Assembly (NCBI GenBank): GCA_965644265.1
Contig: OZ286462.1
Location: 38,254,001-38,318,000 of the forward strand
Origin: Glycera tridactyla
Taxonomy: Eukaryota
Reading direction: 5' to 3'
DNA: 64,000 nucleotides
Part shown: positions 38,971 through 51,930 of the stretch, piece by piece
How the letters are laid out: every line of letters begins with the position of its first letter
How positions within the stretch are numbered: position 1 is the first letter of the stretch
Made by a program: the position numbers and the translations under genes
Notes under the pieces: generated by a model
What the model saw: only the letters and a program-made list of their open reading frames with translations
Told to the model about the DNA's origin: nothing
Databases searched by the model: none

Positions 38971-39439
38971 CTGAAACTGGGTGGAATGCTCCTCGAAGAA
39001 GATAGAGACATGCAATATGATGGTATTTCCCTGTCATTATGAACAATATTGAGAAGTTCTTACAAATATTTAACATGGAACAGTTTTTCAATAGTAGGAT
39101 TTTGCAGGGAATGAGTTGCCAAAATATGAAACCAACCAAAAATGAAACCAAGCATTAATGGAATCTCTGTACATACTGTTCATATTCTGAGCTGTACAGC
39201 CAGTGTGGCATACTTCAACAACTCATGAAAGTGGCAGGCACAAAATTAATATGTGTTGCATGGTAGAAAAAAAATTGAGAAAAATTCTGAATAAGACATC
39301 TATGTATAGCCATTGTCACGATCTGCACATATTAACAAGGATATAAACTCCAGCCAAGTATGAGCAGGTGAAAGCAGTAGAATAACACAAAATAGGGTGT
39401 GCTTTATGGAAGTGGGAAATACTGTGTCTGACACGGAAA

Positions 39440-39600
39440 GCCGCAATATGGCTGGATAAATCCGCCGAATCAAATATGCCTTAAGTCTGCATCGGAAAAA
39501 GGAATATGGTGATTTGGTCGTAGGGCCATGCCGTACAAATGATACGCCCTTGATGTTGTGCAATATCAATATGTTGACTGGCCTTGAATACCAGGTTTAC
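39440..39600 (-). mobile_element. LINE (L2/CR1-like) 3' end relic
   Basis: KGVSFVRHGPTTKSPYSFFRCRLKAYLIRRIY resembles the C-terminal G.RAFS..GP.LWN.LP....FK..LKTYLF pattern of L2/CR1 ORF2. Confidence 0.4.
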
Positions 39601-40144
39601 GAGGTGCTAGGGATTATATGACTGCCCATATAGCCCTCTATCTATGGCACTCATGCCAGAAAAACCCAGGCAGAGCAATCCAATCATAAGAATACACAAC
39701 CCTACACAAGAAAAACTATATCAATATCAACACCAAGCTGACCGCATTCTGTCCTGCAATCACCGAATGCTCCACATATCTCAATAGCTTCAGCTATTTT
39801 CAACCTCCTGTATACTCTTTTGAACAAATGATACAGAAAGTGACTTTATATCACCAAAAAAATACTTTTTGATTTAAAAACAATGGCGGGATTGAAGACA
39901 GCTGGATCAGATCCATATCGGTGGCAATTTTTTTGTATATTATTCCAAATTAGATGATGATATTGCTAAGTGTCAACTAATTGATCTTGTAACCATGGGT
40001 TTGTATGGGAATTCGGCAACCTTGTCCTCTCTGGAAGTTTTGATCATGGTAATGTTAGAGGGATACTGTTGGGCAGCTTGTCAATGCTACTGCTGTATAA
40101 ATGTGACGTCAAGCTCAATGTGGTAATAGCATTGGTTGGCTTAC

Positions 40145-40178
40145 AAGCTTCAGCTTCCAAGCATATCAAGGCTCTCTC
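40145..40178 (-). CDS. Candidate micro-exon (34 nt), ERALICLEAEA
   Basis: Acceptor GTCTGTTACTGCTTCTTTCAG and donor CTT|GTAAGC; only one open frame (phase 0 to 1). Confidence 0.35.
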
Positions 40179-40284
40179 CTGAAAGAAGCAGTAACAGACA
40201 TGACATGACCTGTGTTCAACTGCTTACCCCTTTTCAGGAGAGCTATAGTCTAAGTTGATACTGAGTCAAAAAGGGCAATTCCTG

Positions 40285-40410
40285 CACAGTGAATTCTGTG
40301 AGACCCCTTTTTGACATACTTGAATGTACCAGCTATGGAGATAACCTCTTTTTTGAGAGATGATCTTTTGGTGACATTTATGATGATCTCTTATTGCGGG
40401 TCTCAATGTA
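40285..40410. mobile_element. Degraded family B MITE
   Basis: CACAGTGAATTC..GAGACCCCTTTTTGACATA...TTTTGGTGACATTTA...GGGTCTCAATGTA. Confidence 0.6.
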
Positions 40411-41632
40411 CATGATAGTGAGTGAAACAGTAAGTGAAGTCAATTGACCCAATGGCAAAGTTGCAAATGCTTTTCTATGTGTTGGTGACCATTTGAAAAT
40501 GATGAGTCATTCATTACTGGCAAGATTGCTTGATGATAGTATTTGGGTTCAGTGACCATGACTCCTCAGACTGTCAATTACTCAAGTATGCTGCAAGCAG
40601 GTTGAACATTGAAATGCGCCATATGCAAGTGGACTGACAAGGCAGTACTGAATAAATGATATACCTCAAAGACCCTCCCAAAATTGGTTCTGCCATTTTT
40701 CACAATTTCTTAACAGAAATGGCTCAATCCCTAAATCATATTACAGACCTTGCTAAGACCCCCATTTTACTATGCACAGAGAATTTGTAATGTCAGAAAA
40801 AATGATGAATTGCAAAGAGCTAAACTTTTTGCTTTCAATAGAATTAAGATCTGTTGGATATGTAAATAAGCGGATATTGCACTTAAAAAAGGTATTCTGA
40901 TGATTAGATTGTATCAGAGTTTGAACAGCAATGTATAAGTCTTACTCCATCAAACAATGGGGACTAGAAGTCCTGAACTGATAGAATTTCTAAAAGAAAT
41001 TGGATATGGACAATGCATTTCATGGTTGCACAATTCAAGTTAGATGTGAACCACTGTGATCCTGCATATCCTTAATGGTGCATAACATCCGCCAGGATAT
41101 CAAGCTCAAAGTAATGAATAAAAGCTCCACCATCTTCAGGAATTCTGGGACAAAAATGCCAAGAACGAGACACACATTTAATTAACATATTGTCTACCCT
41201 ACATCAATTTAGGGTAAAAAGTAAAACTTCTCAAAAATGTCCTTTTAGTCTGTCCTCTAACCTGTAACGCCTCAGATAATCATACTCTGATGCACATGGT
41301 TTCATCACTGCATTCAGTCTATTATTAAAATATCTTTCATGTTGGAACTTTGCTGATGAAAACAACATCACATATATACGAGAATATTTTTGACTGAGGA
41401 AGAACTTGTTTCTCAACAAATCAGACCATTCTCACAAGAGCATAAATTTGGTGTTCAACATAAATTTATAGTTTTCACAACTACTCAATTCATATGCATG
41501 GCATGCTGTTGAAAGTAACTTAGATAAGGAAACTTCCTATGCCAAATTTTATGCGAATCATGGATGGACATCAATACACCTCATAGATCCAAGTTTGACA
41601 ATCGGTGAGTTGATGTGTTAAAGGAGAAAGAG

Positions 41633-41773
41633 AGAACCACCTCCAACAGGAGACCGATTTCTCATGACAGCTTCCCTATCCAACACGGTCAAATATACCT
41701 CCGATGAGAGACCACCTCTGCCAAGAGACCGCTTTTGACATTTAGGGCAGTCATCTGTCACAGGTTTCACTGT
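41633..41773. mobile_element. Family B MITE, left end missing
   Basis: ACCACCTCC..CAGGAGACCG...GGTCAAATATACCTCCGATGAGAGACCACC...CAGGTTTCACTGT. Confidence 0.8.
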
Positions 41774-42309
41774 GATACATGATTGAAGGTAATGTACACA
41801 CATTTCTGGAAGCTTCACTTGAAAATGGCACCAAGATAAGTCCAAATTCCATGAGATAACTGAACAAACAGTGATCTGAATGATTCTGTTGTGAGATTAC
41901 ACCTGATACATTTTTGTACAAACCATGAGAACATCAATATAAAGCAAACGAAAATGAATCACAGGATGATAACGCCTCCTCCTAAGGGAATCACTCCCGT
42001 AAATAAAAGCCAATGGCTAGGATCATACCTGATATGTTCCACCATATACATCATTTATCATACCGAACAATATGCACAGCCATCTTATGGATTCTTTATG
42101 CAGACATCTGAATTTTCAAGTTTCGCACAAGTGTAAAGTCAAAGTAGTGAAAGCAGATCATCCTGAGCCAAAGCACACTCTGGTTCCTTGAGGCAGGTGG
42201 TCTCTGCGAGCAGTTTATTTCACTACTTGCGGCCCTAGTGAAGATATGGCTGATTTGTCACTGTGATAATTTCTTAATAATTGTAAGCAAGATTCCTGGT
42301 TGTTCAAAC

Positions 42310-42474
42310 TACAGTCAAACTTGTCCTTAGCGAGACTTGTACTAAGCAAGAACTTGCCCTAAGCAACAGGTTTCTGGTCATCCCGCCAAAGTATTTTCCA
42401 CTATAATTCACCTGTTCTAGCACACACTCTTTTTGCTTCCCTTGGCATCATTGCTTAGGACAAGTTTGACTGTA
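42310..42474. mobile_element. MITE family D, full length
   Basis: TA-CAGTCAAACTTGTCCTTAGC ... GCTTAGGACAAGTTTGACTG-TA. Confidence 0.9.
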
Positions 42475-43514
42475 ACTTACAGTGAGAGTACCTGCCTCAT
42501 AGCTCATGCAAAGCTGTCCCATATCTGACACTTCCACCTCAAGCGCACACTACCCTTAGTGAAGATGGTGCTAAACTGATGATAGCTGTTTTTTGAGCAG
42601 CTTCGGGGCAGATCTGATAAATGATCCAGGGAGGCGTGTGGGCTACCTGTATAGTAAATTATCCCATAATATGCTCACACTGTCTACAACCTTCACATCT
42701 TCCACATAGGGATATATGTTGGTTGGATGCTAGTCTTGAGTAATTGTCTTGGCTGTTCCAAGTCTGGTGCTATGTATTTTTATAGGTTGGAAGTAGTTTT
42801 GGTCAGCCAATTATGCCCATATGGTAACACACACATGCACTTTTCCCAAAAATATCAATTGATAATCAGCACACACATGTAATATACTTCTTCAGATTTT
42901 ATTTCGGCCATAGGGTTCGGTGGACGATGTGAGGTCAGGGTTCATGTCCGTTGTTGTGCCACGATTGGGGACCAGACAATATGAGTGGCAGAAGGCAGCC
43001 ATCTTGGATTCAACCAAATAGCCACTGGGTGAATATTCTACATCCTCAACCCACAGACTGAACACTTCATCACCTACTCCACCCACATAGAGCCACATTT
43101 CACTCAACAATGCATTCTTCTCCTTCTCACAAGAGAATCTATGGTGTGTGGCAAATACACATACATCTATGATGTGTCACAATGGCGGATGTAACCACTA
43201 TTCAGTGTTATGTAAAATCAACACCACACAGAGAGCCTAATATAACTGCTGTGAGAAAAGGTTTACGTCATTATGCAATCAATATCTTAGGTTGTTAATT
43301 GACTATCCTGACTGTTTATCATGTGGATAATTACAATCTGACAGTGTAGGATTTGGACATTTCTTTGTTTTGGCTCCTGAATATTCCTCGCAAATTTATA
43401 AATACCAACCTCTTATACCTGTTTCTTCAATGTAATTTTCCTAGTCTTTCAGGATTCACAAGTAATGAGATTCCCTGTTAAAGCATTTTGAAAGTACAGC
43501 AAAACATGCTATGA

Positions 43515-43745
43515 GAGACCCCTTACTCTGCCACTCCACTTTACCCAGGTGTGAATGGATACTTGGCTATGGACAGGGATGTAGTGATTGTAGAGTGCCT
43601 TTCCCATGCAGTCAATTCTGTGCTCATGGTTGTATACTCCGCAGGGGGATGAGAAAGGCTCAAGCTTGATTGAGCCTGCCAATGAATGTAATTATAATGT
43701 CAGTTACACTTGCTTCGGGGATATGAGACTGTGAACCACTACATT
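43515..43745 (+). mobile_element. Degraded SINE with a Deu/Nin-domain-like core
   Basis: CCACTTTACCCAGGTGTGAATGGATAC (43536-43562) and TTGTATACTCCGCAGGGG (43630-43647) resemble, from memory, the conserved CACCCAGGTGTAAATGGGTAC core of ancient metazoan SINEs; not verified by alignment. Confidence 0.4.
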
Positions 43746-44003
43746 CTTCACAAAGAGTTTCCATATAATGTTCTCATACCCTTCTACTTGGCCCGGAAGA
43801 AATCTTCAACAGACTGTTCTTATATGGAACATGGGCAGAACATTTCTAATTAGGACAGACACATTGAGGTATGTTTCCATTTTTTTCACATGTGACCCCA
43901 ACCTTAAATTGTTTTCAGATGCCAGGTAGGCGCTCACACCATCACCGAGCCCTGGTGGTGTTGAGCTCAAAACACGGAAAGAGGCATGAGCTACACACCA
44001 CCA

Positions 44004-44269
44004 GGGCTCGGTGGTCCTAGGTTAGCAGTGGCGCTATATTGAGTGACTACAAAAACCAGCTACACCGATAAACCTCCTCAGCATACACACACATGCAAGC
44101 ACAAGAGAGGAGGTTAAAAAAATTCAATCACAGGCAGAGGGTTGCGCCTCACCAAAATTAGAACAATCACCCATAAATAGCTAACAGCAGCGCTGGGAAT
44201 ATCAGAACCTCCAGGCTCTGACAGTGGTACTGGACTGGGATCGATCAAACAAACAAACAAACAAACAAA
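44004..44269 (+). mobile_element. Possible SINE-like retroposon ending in a (CAAA)n tail
   Basis: Starts GGGCTCGGTGGTCCTAGGTTAGC (A-box-like) and ends in a CAAA array at 44246-44269; no clear B-box. Confidence 0.3.
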
Positions 44270-44599
44270 TCTCCAGACCAATATGAAAACGAGACAAGTA
44301 TGAGATGGCTGGCCCTAAAACTTTTTGAGGTATTGTCTGGAAACCATCAATCACCCACCCAACCACTCACCCACATAATTCGAAAACATAATGCCCCTCT
44401 GGTGTTACATGCTGCGGTGCATCATAACGAGAATGAAGTGGTGTACCTCATCCTTGAGATATTGCATCTGAGACAACATATAATTTAACAAACAGGGCTG
44501 AATTCACCATCAAGAATGTCTCATTTATGACATACTACAATATATGGGGATAAGTTTGTTAGGTTTTGTGATACAAACTATCTACACACCCTAAAATGT

Positions 44600-45010
44600 A
44601 ATGTCTGACAGACATAGCCGGAGTACTGAGCAAACTTGCACTTGTCTCACCCGATTTCTGCTCCTCGGAAAACTGTGTATATTCAACATAATCAATGATG
44701 GTAGATGTTCCTTCACCACACCACTCAGCAGTATTTGTTAAGCCATAAATTTATGAGAGCTGCTCCATTCATATGGCCTCATATACTCACTCACTAGGCC
44801 ATAAATCAAGAGACTTTGTGAATACTAGCAGACTCCTCTCACCAGATTCTTGGAAGTTTACCTTAGTTACCTCCTGAATAGAATTGAATCCAGCAATAAA
44901 TTCCAATCCGAATGATCCATTCCTCTCCAAGGCAGAACATGATATTACTTTTGATCCCAGTTGCTTCCCAGTTAGGACAACATTGGCACAGATTTGCAAA
45001 AGTTCACACA
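44600..45010 (-). mobile_element. Degraded LINE endonuclease relic
   Basis: Frames give VLTGKQLGSKV...RNGSFGLEFIAGFN and GEGTSTIIDYV, resembling the GDFNA, NG..LL.F and S.IDY motifs. Confidence 0.3.
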
Positions 45011-47289
45011 TATTATCTCTTGAAAGTTAATGAATTGAATTGAATTTTGAGTAAAATGGTGACTAATCCATCCACAGCCACTTAAAACAAAAAATTTAAA
45101 ATGATGAATACAAGTGAATTAAATCAAGCAGCATTCTGAAATTGGAGAACTGATCTGTGTTTCTCGCGGTTCAGAGTATCATGATTTATTCGCAACAGAT
45201 CCATAACGCTAATTGGTAGCCCCGGCAGCGTGGCTTGAAAAATGAGCAGAAAACAAGTGATTCCACACTTCATTCATTTCTCCTGTCTGCCTAAGTGAAA
45301 AATTTCAGGTCCTGTATTGATGCATTAGCCAGCCGACTTGCTTTCAAGGCCTTTCCATTATGTGACACGGAAGCATGATTTATCGTCAGTCACACTATTC
45401 ATTTTAACAGCATTTATGGGTATTTTGTTGCAGCATCCCAATAGTTAGGGACTGAAGGTATCAAATTACAGAAGTCATCCATATCTCATTCTCTGTTCTA
45501 TCCTCATTTTACTCTGATAGAGAACTGCAACACCAATTGAGGTGATTCCATGTAGTCCTAGTGTATATCTAGCCATTTATCTATCACAAATATTTCACTA
45601 CAGCTTCTCCACTGCCTGGACGCCTTATCAATTCAACAGTTGATAGAAAACCCTCTGTTTATAAAGACCAGTCCCTCCATAACCACTCACTTTCTGACAT
45701 CCAATTATACTCAATACAAATGATTAATACAGACTCTGCTGTAATTTGTGAAGATCATATCATATCATAGTGACTCACCATCTTACCAATTATGAGTGAC
45801 TAGAATATGTGGAAATATATTGGCAATATGGAAGATTGTATGAAGCACAGGTTCAACAGTATCAAAATATGAGGTAATATTACACAGGAGAAAAGATTTT
45901 TCATCAACGGGTCACCAACCAGGAGATCAGGAAGCAGCAAAATAGCTTGAAGTTTTTTGGGCATGAAGTATGGCTTCATTTCCATCCTTTCTCACAAATG
46001 ATGTAAAAAGGGACAGTAATTCTTCCGGGAAAAACACAGTGCAATAACGCTGGAGGGCCGGGGTATTTTTTTTTGACTTTCATCTTCTGATAAAACAAGT
46101 AAGATGTCATTAATCCGCTTCAGAAAGTCAGAGTTCGAAAAGCTTCTCGACTTATGTTTGAATGAAAATTGGGTTATTCACATACTTTACATTGCGAAGC
46201 TCCTCAAAAGCTAATAGAAACCAGTGCACTTAGTCCATTTCCAAAACCATTGAATTTCTTGTTGACAACAACTTGGGGCATTGGAATGCTACAATCTACC
46301 CAAGATGGCCATGCAATAGGCATGGGTGGACTTATTATAGACAATTCTCTCTGGTTCCTCAAGCTTTGGTGACAATTTATCATGATGAAGAATAATATAT
46401 TCTTATCCAGGGATATGATTGTTCATGATTGTTCGTGACAATGTACATTTGATAATTATTTTTGTTTTGTTGAAAAGGGAATGCATTGAAGTTGATTTCA
46501 ACCAGGTAAAACCGATTAGGTGAACTAACAGCTAAATCAATCAAGTAAATTGTTCACTGAGTGAACTGTCTCAATACAAATCAATATTTGCCACTCAAAA
46601 TTAGGTCCATTCCAAAATTAGGTCTATAACCCATGGTTGGTTCAATACCAGTCTCCACCTTCAAGGGCTCACCAATGGCACACTAACTTATGTTGTTCCA
46701 TATTCAGGTGACATTAATGGCTACTATGCGCCTGTCCAGGGTGAAGCAACATGGTTTGCATTTCCCAGGGGGATAGAACAAGTGTGAACAGAAGCAGGAA
46801 ATCCTAAATCCCTCTGATTGGCAGGGATATAGATGGTGGGATGTGGTCACATAGGCAGGGTTTGGAGGAGATGGGGGATGGAGGGAGGATGGCTGATCAT
46901 GACGTGATGACAGGCCAAGGATTAACACATTATAACAGATGGGCAGCTAGCAATTCCCCAGTCATTACAGAGCCTGATCCCCAGAACTACACTCAACCAT
47001 GATGAGAGAAATTTGCAAAGACTGGAAGGAAAATTCTCAGCTTTATGGTCATGTTGAGCCTTTCTCACTAGCTGGCAACAAACACAAAAGAGTGGATTCG
47101 ACAAGTTTGGGTTGTCTGTTTGTTTGTGGTTTGAAAGCATGTATCAGTATCCTGTGATGTGACTCCAACAGGATCATTTTAGTCCATGAATCCAATGTAC
47201 AAAATTGAATATCATGATATGAAAATGGATATATTGTACCATCAGAAATGAGTTCCAACCATGGAAAACTCCAACTTTTGCAAATCCAT

Positions 47290-47560
47290 CATCCTTGTCC
47301 AAGGGACAGTGAAGTCCATTCCCCGTTATGGGCTATGAAAGTCAATCATGCAGAATATGCAATGATAATGCAAAATTCTTAGTACAATCTATCGCAGCTT
47401 TTGATGGAACACTGTCAATTGCCTTCCTCAAAATGTGACTGACAATTATTGATTGCAAATATTCCAATTTCCTGTCGCTTTGCCATATATACAAACATGG
47501 AACAAATCAGAGAATCACATCTCCACAAGATCTATATTTAGCTGAATGCCTCTTGGAAAC
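47290..47560 (-). mobile_element. Degraded LINE reverse-transcriptase relic
   Basis: KYRSCGD ... LRKAIDSVP resembles GFR..RSC and D..KAFDSVP. Confidence 0.35.
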
Positions 47561-47999
47561 AGCACTTTCACAGACCGCGATCTTATGATGAGGAGCATGA
47601 TGTGCTGTCATGTGGAAGCAGCTGGCAGTTCAAACACACCCCTTCTGACATTGAATAACATAAATTGGCCTATATATATGAGAGAAGATAACGTACATTT
47701 TATTCACATTCACAGAATGCAGTGTCATTCAACAAACCATGAAAAACAAAATCATTGTATAATCATGTGATTGAATCCTCTTCATAACATGAAAATACTG
47801 CATAGAACCAGAAATGTGATTTCAGCTCAGAGCTCAACATGGGCAGTATGACTGAGTGACTAGCTGGAACAGAATACAATTTTCAGCCATTGCTGAGCTG
47901 TCAGGAACAGAGAAGCAATTTGGTGTTACAAGTGACAGATAGCTGACAACTGAACAATGCGAATGTTCCATCAACTGTGCCCATACAGACGATGCTGCT

Positions 48000-48159
48000 T
48001 GAAAGACCAATTCTATGCAACGGCCATCTACCTACAAAGGCCATCCTCAGGAGTGACTGCAATAGTATTTTCTACAGTAAACAGCCTCTCTACAAAGGCC
48101 ACCTGTCTACAAAGGCCACCATTGTACTGAGGTGGTCTTTGTAGACAGGTTCGACTGCA
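48000..48159. mobile_element. Family C MITE
   Basis: Repeated TACAAAGGCCACC; right end GGTGGTCTTTGTAGACAGGTTCGACTGCA. Confidence 0.75.
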
Positions 48160-48363
48160 CATATCTTCGGGGATTGCTCCTTTGAGACTCAAGCTAAGTA
48201 TTGATTTTCACATGGGCTGGAATTATATTCAATATGCCGTTGCATCATCACATGCATCATTGAACTTGTCAATGACATCCTCAAAAGATTGATGATAAAT
48301 ATATGACAGGACTCTTTGACAAATTGTGAAGTTATGATGAGATACCACTTATTTCTTTAGCTC

Positions 48364-48882
48364 ATGAAACTGGTGGCAGGTCTCTTCATGGAACATTTCG
48401 AAGAGGCTGCAATTGAGTCTTTCCCCTTTGATATCAGGATGTGGAGCCGATATGTGGACGATACTATGGTTATCTTAGATGATTCTCTATTAGAAGACTT
48501 CACCACCCACATAAATTCCATCCACCCCGCTATCCAATTCACCAGAGAGGAAGAAGTGAACAACAGCATTGCCATGCTTGACACACACATACACAAAGAT
48601 CAAGATGGTAAACTCACTTTCTCAGTGTACCGGAAGCCCACCCACACTGATCAATACCTACAATTCAACAGCAATCAGCCACTACAACACAAGCTAGGGG
48701 TGATCAGAAGGCTATACCATCGAGCCAACACCATCTGCTCAGATGACACCCTGAAAACCCAGGAAACTGACCACCTGAAAAAAGTGCTAGCGATTTCAGG
48801 ATACACTAACTCCGCCTGGGTCACTGCAACCACCCCCAAACCACAGGATCACTTGACGATTCACCAGCGCATTTGCCATTGA
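48364..48882 (+). mobile_element. Penelope-like element fragment: RT C-terminal half and thumb, uninterrupted ORF
   Basis: LFMEHFEE...WSRYVDDT...NSIHPAIQFTREEE..NSIAMLD...VYRKPTHTDQYL.F.S.QP..HK.GVIR.L..RA, typical of Penelope/Poseidon RT; truncated at both ends. Confidence 0.92.
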
Positions 48883-49099
48883 GTTGAGAAAAGGAACCAG
48901 ATGGATTTCTGAAAGCTCCTCTCTTTTACCTTACATTGTGAGTATTTGTATTAATCTTCTATCCAGAGGACAGAACAAGTTTCAAATCAATAGCTCTGGT
49001 CTCTATAATGCATGTTTTACAAAACAAAGTACTGTATATCTTATTCTCAAACCCGCTTGGTCATTTGTGACACCATGACAGGGCATTTTCCCAACAATT

Positions 49100-49260
49100 T
49101 GACAGTATGTTTTATTCCTGATCCGGCTTTGTCAGTTAGGCCTGACACTACAGATACAGTAGAGAAGGATCCTTGTGGCACACCCATGATCAATATTGTG
49201 ACAGAAGTCTATGCGTAAAAGTTGCTCATTCTTGATCCTGCTGAGACAATCACGCCCAAT
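49100..49260 (-). mobile_element. Possible LINE RT relic
   Basis: The frame reads TSVTILIMGVPQGSFS (GVPQGS motif); flanks are stop-ridden. Confidence 0.3.
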
Positions 49261-50059
49261 AACATGGGAGATATAATGACAACATAAAGCTCTGAGTAGT
49301 CCTGCCTGACATTTGTTATTAAGACATCACAGTCATCTGGTATGCTCTGCTGAGTACACCCAGGAGTCCTACAGGGAGCATCAAATTCCTCAACATTGGC
49401 ACACTAAACCCAATATATCTTTTCATCTATCCAGCATCGCTTCACAGTTCCAAGTCCTCTTCGCCAATATTTTGTTCATCAAATGATAGTGTAGTCATAT
49501 ATTCACACGAACTATACATTTCTGTGTGAACTCACTGATTATCAATCAATAGTGTCCAACACAATGCCGGTTACAATTCGGATTTCACGCAACAACTCTC
49601 TATACAGATCCTATTACAAATCATTCCCGGATTACGACACAGCCGCTTGATCGAATACATCTGCTCCCACTCCCACAGGAGGCATGATATCGGGAGCACG
49701 GCCTGACAATGAATGATCGATTTCTTCAAGTTCCACAGGACCTCTCCACCCATGGGATTATGTGTGCTTGCTTGTATAGATCTATAAGCCGAGCATGCAT
49801 TGTAACCTGCATATTTTCACATGTCCATATACATGGATGAGATGGTCACTAGGCAGTTGCTGATGCAATATTTTATGGTTTGTTTGTATGTGACTGGTAG
49901 GCAGGGCTTTGTTTGGCATGTGCTAGGTGGCCTAGTGACTCTATCTCAATGACATCTGTGGCAATATTGTCCTTTCATTTGCTCGCTAGAATGTATGCAT
50001 AATCCACTGACATGGTCGCAGAAACTGGATGGCAAATACAACCGTGCCATAGTGCTGGT

Positions 50060-50345
50060 TGATGAATTGATTGACTGTTTGATGTTTAACAGCATCCACC
50101 AACCCAAAGGATTATGTATGCCATGTCTTCCTGCTCAATGAAAGCTAGATTTTCTGTACCCTGCTGGTATCACTTACATAAACCCTGAACACAAGATGAT
50201 GGGGAACCTGAAAGATTGTCAAGTGGAGGTAGCAGACAGTTCAGACATGCCTCAAGTTCCTTGACATGAACAAACTGAATCTCAATGATGGCATCTCTGA
50301 CCATGTAACTGGCTGGAAGCTGACACTCAAACCTGATAGCAATGT
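50060..50345. mobile_element. SINE-like family A copy
   Basis: Colinear with 11527-11800. Confidence 0.7.
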
Positions 50346-51748
50346 TTTTTTTTCTGCAAAATGGAATATAAACATAATGGGCAAGCAATTTCAGGCTGAA
50401 TGGGAAAATGGGTCAAATTTCACCACAGTTTATTCATCTATCCATTCACTCATCTATGTACTGTATCCATCTACAAATATGTAGAATGGATAACTGAATA
50501 AATGGAGAAAAAAAATCAAATGAAACAAATAAGCCAGTAGTTGAAGACAGACAGTGAACACTGGCAATAGCCATGTCATACATTGTTATGACATAAACAT
50601 ATAAATATGATTGAATATGATCATATAAATATATAGATGTATTACGGTCTAAATATGGTTTAGAATTCTTCACTTCTTGAATGAAAAGCAGGATGTACAT
50701 GAAAATCAACATCAATCTTCATAAGCAAGAAACAGTTTGTGGTCTTGACAACTTTGCTAACTGCAATCTCCTTCAGACAACCATACCTTAATGGAGTAGC
50801 CCCTGATTTATCGACTTAAGCCTAACTTGAGCATGTCGCCCAATATTTTTCTGAACCTAAATCACTTCTGGCCTGTAGCAAAATGGCCAATAAATATGCA
50901 TTTACCTGAAGGTCATTGGCAGGTTATGTATGCACGATATTTGTCAGACACAGACAAGCACTCGTTTCACTGTGTTTTATTGTCGTTAGGAACAGCACAT
51001 GATATATGGGTATCCCACGCAGCCAGAGGTAGCGCATCCTAAGGAACAGATTTGTAACAGAAACTGGACAACAAGACATTTGTCAAGAAGACTGAGGTGG
51101 CGATTTCTGGGGAGCTGACTCACATATGAGACAAACTTCATTCTACCTTCACATGAAGTATATTTTCCAAGATGTTTTGAATTACATTATTCTTTCAGTC
51201 CGACATCCACTTTTGAGTAGCTGTTAATATACAGTTCAATCTCCATAATTGGCTGATTGATTGAGTCAGGCTTGATGTCTCTTCATTCTAGGCAGGATTA
51301 TTCAAGACAAAACTCAATAACTGGAGTCCATTGAACAGGGTCACATGTTTTATCACTAAAACAAGGGATATATCCGAACAAATATTGATTTGACCCAAGA
51401 AAAGACCTAATATTCCATATTGTCTATTCATGTTTCACTGAATGTAAATGAAAAAAATGAAGAGATGTACCACTGATGCAAAATCAATGCCAACTCTTCT
51501 CAGGCATGCTATATTGAGCACATCGCCTAGAGTGACAGTCATGTAGCAATGTATGTTGGCAAGCTCAGGAGTACTATTGCACATGCCAACTTAAAAGGCT
51601 CACATCCTATTTGAATAAATCAGTATGTCAAGATATAATGCAACAGTTCATTTCCTGTCCCATGCTGCCCAATTTACCAAGGTTTTATGCATAGTCACTA
51701 TAATGTAAGGAACACAGAATTGATCTTGGTGACAACACAATATAGAGA

Positions 51749-51930
51749 TACAGTCGAACCTGCTCTAAAGACCAACTCTCTATAAAGACCACCTCTCTAT
51801 GAAGACCACCCTGAGCTGCGACCGTGGTATTATTTTCAACAGTAAACAACCTCTCTATAAAGACCACCTGCCCGCAAAGACCACTTTTTGATGGGACCGA
51901 AGGCGGTCTTTATAGACAGGTTTGACTGTA
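51749..51930. mobile_element. MITE family C, full length with TA TSD
   Basis: TA-CAGTCGAACCTG ... CAGGTTTGACTG-TA; repeated TATAAAGACCAC. Confidence 0.92.

Noticed and set aside
42892-43110. LYVGGVGDEV resembling RRM RNP-2
   Set aside because: No RNP-1 follows and there is no acceptor site.
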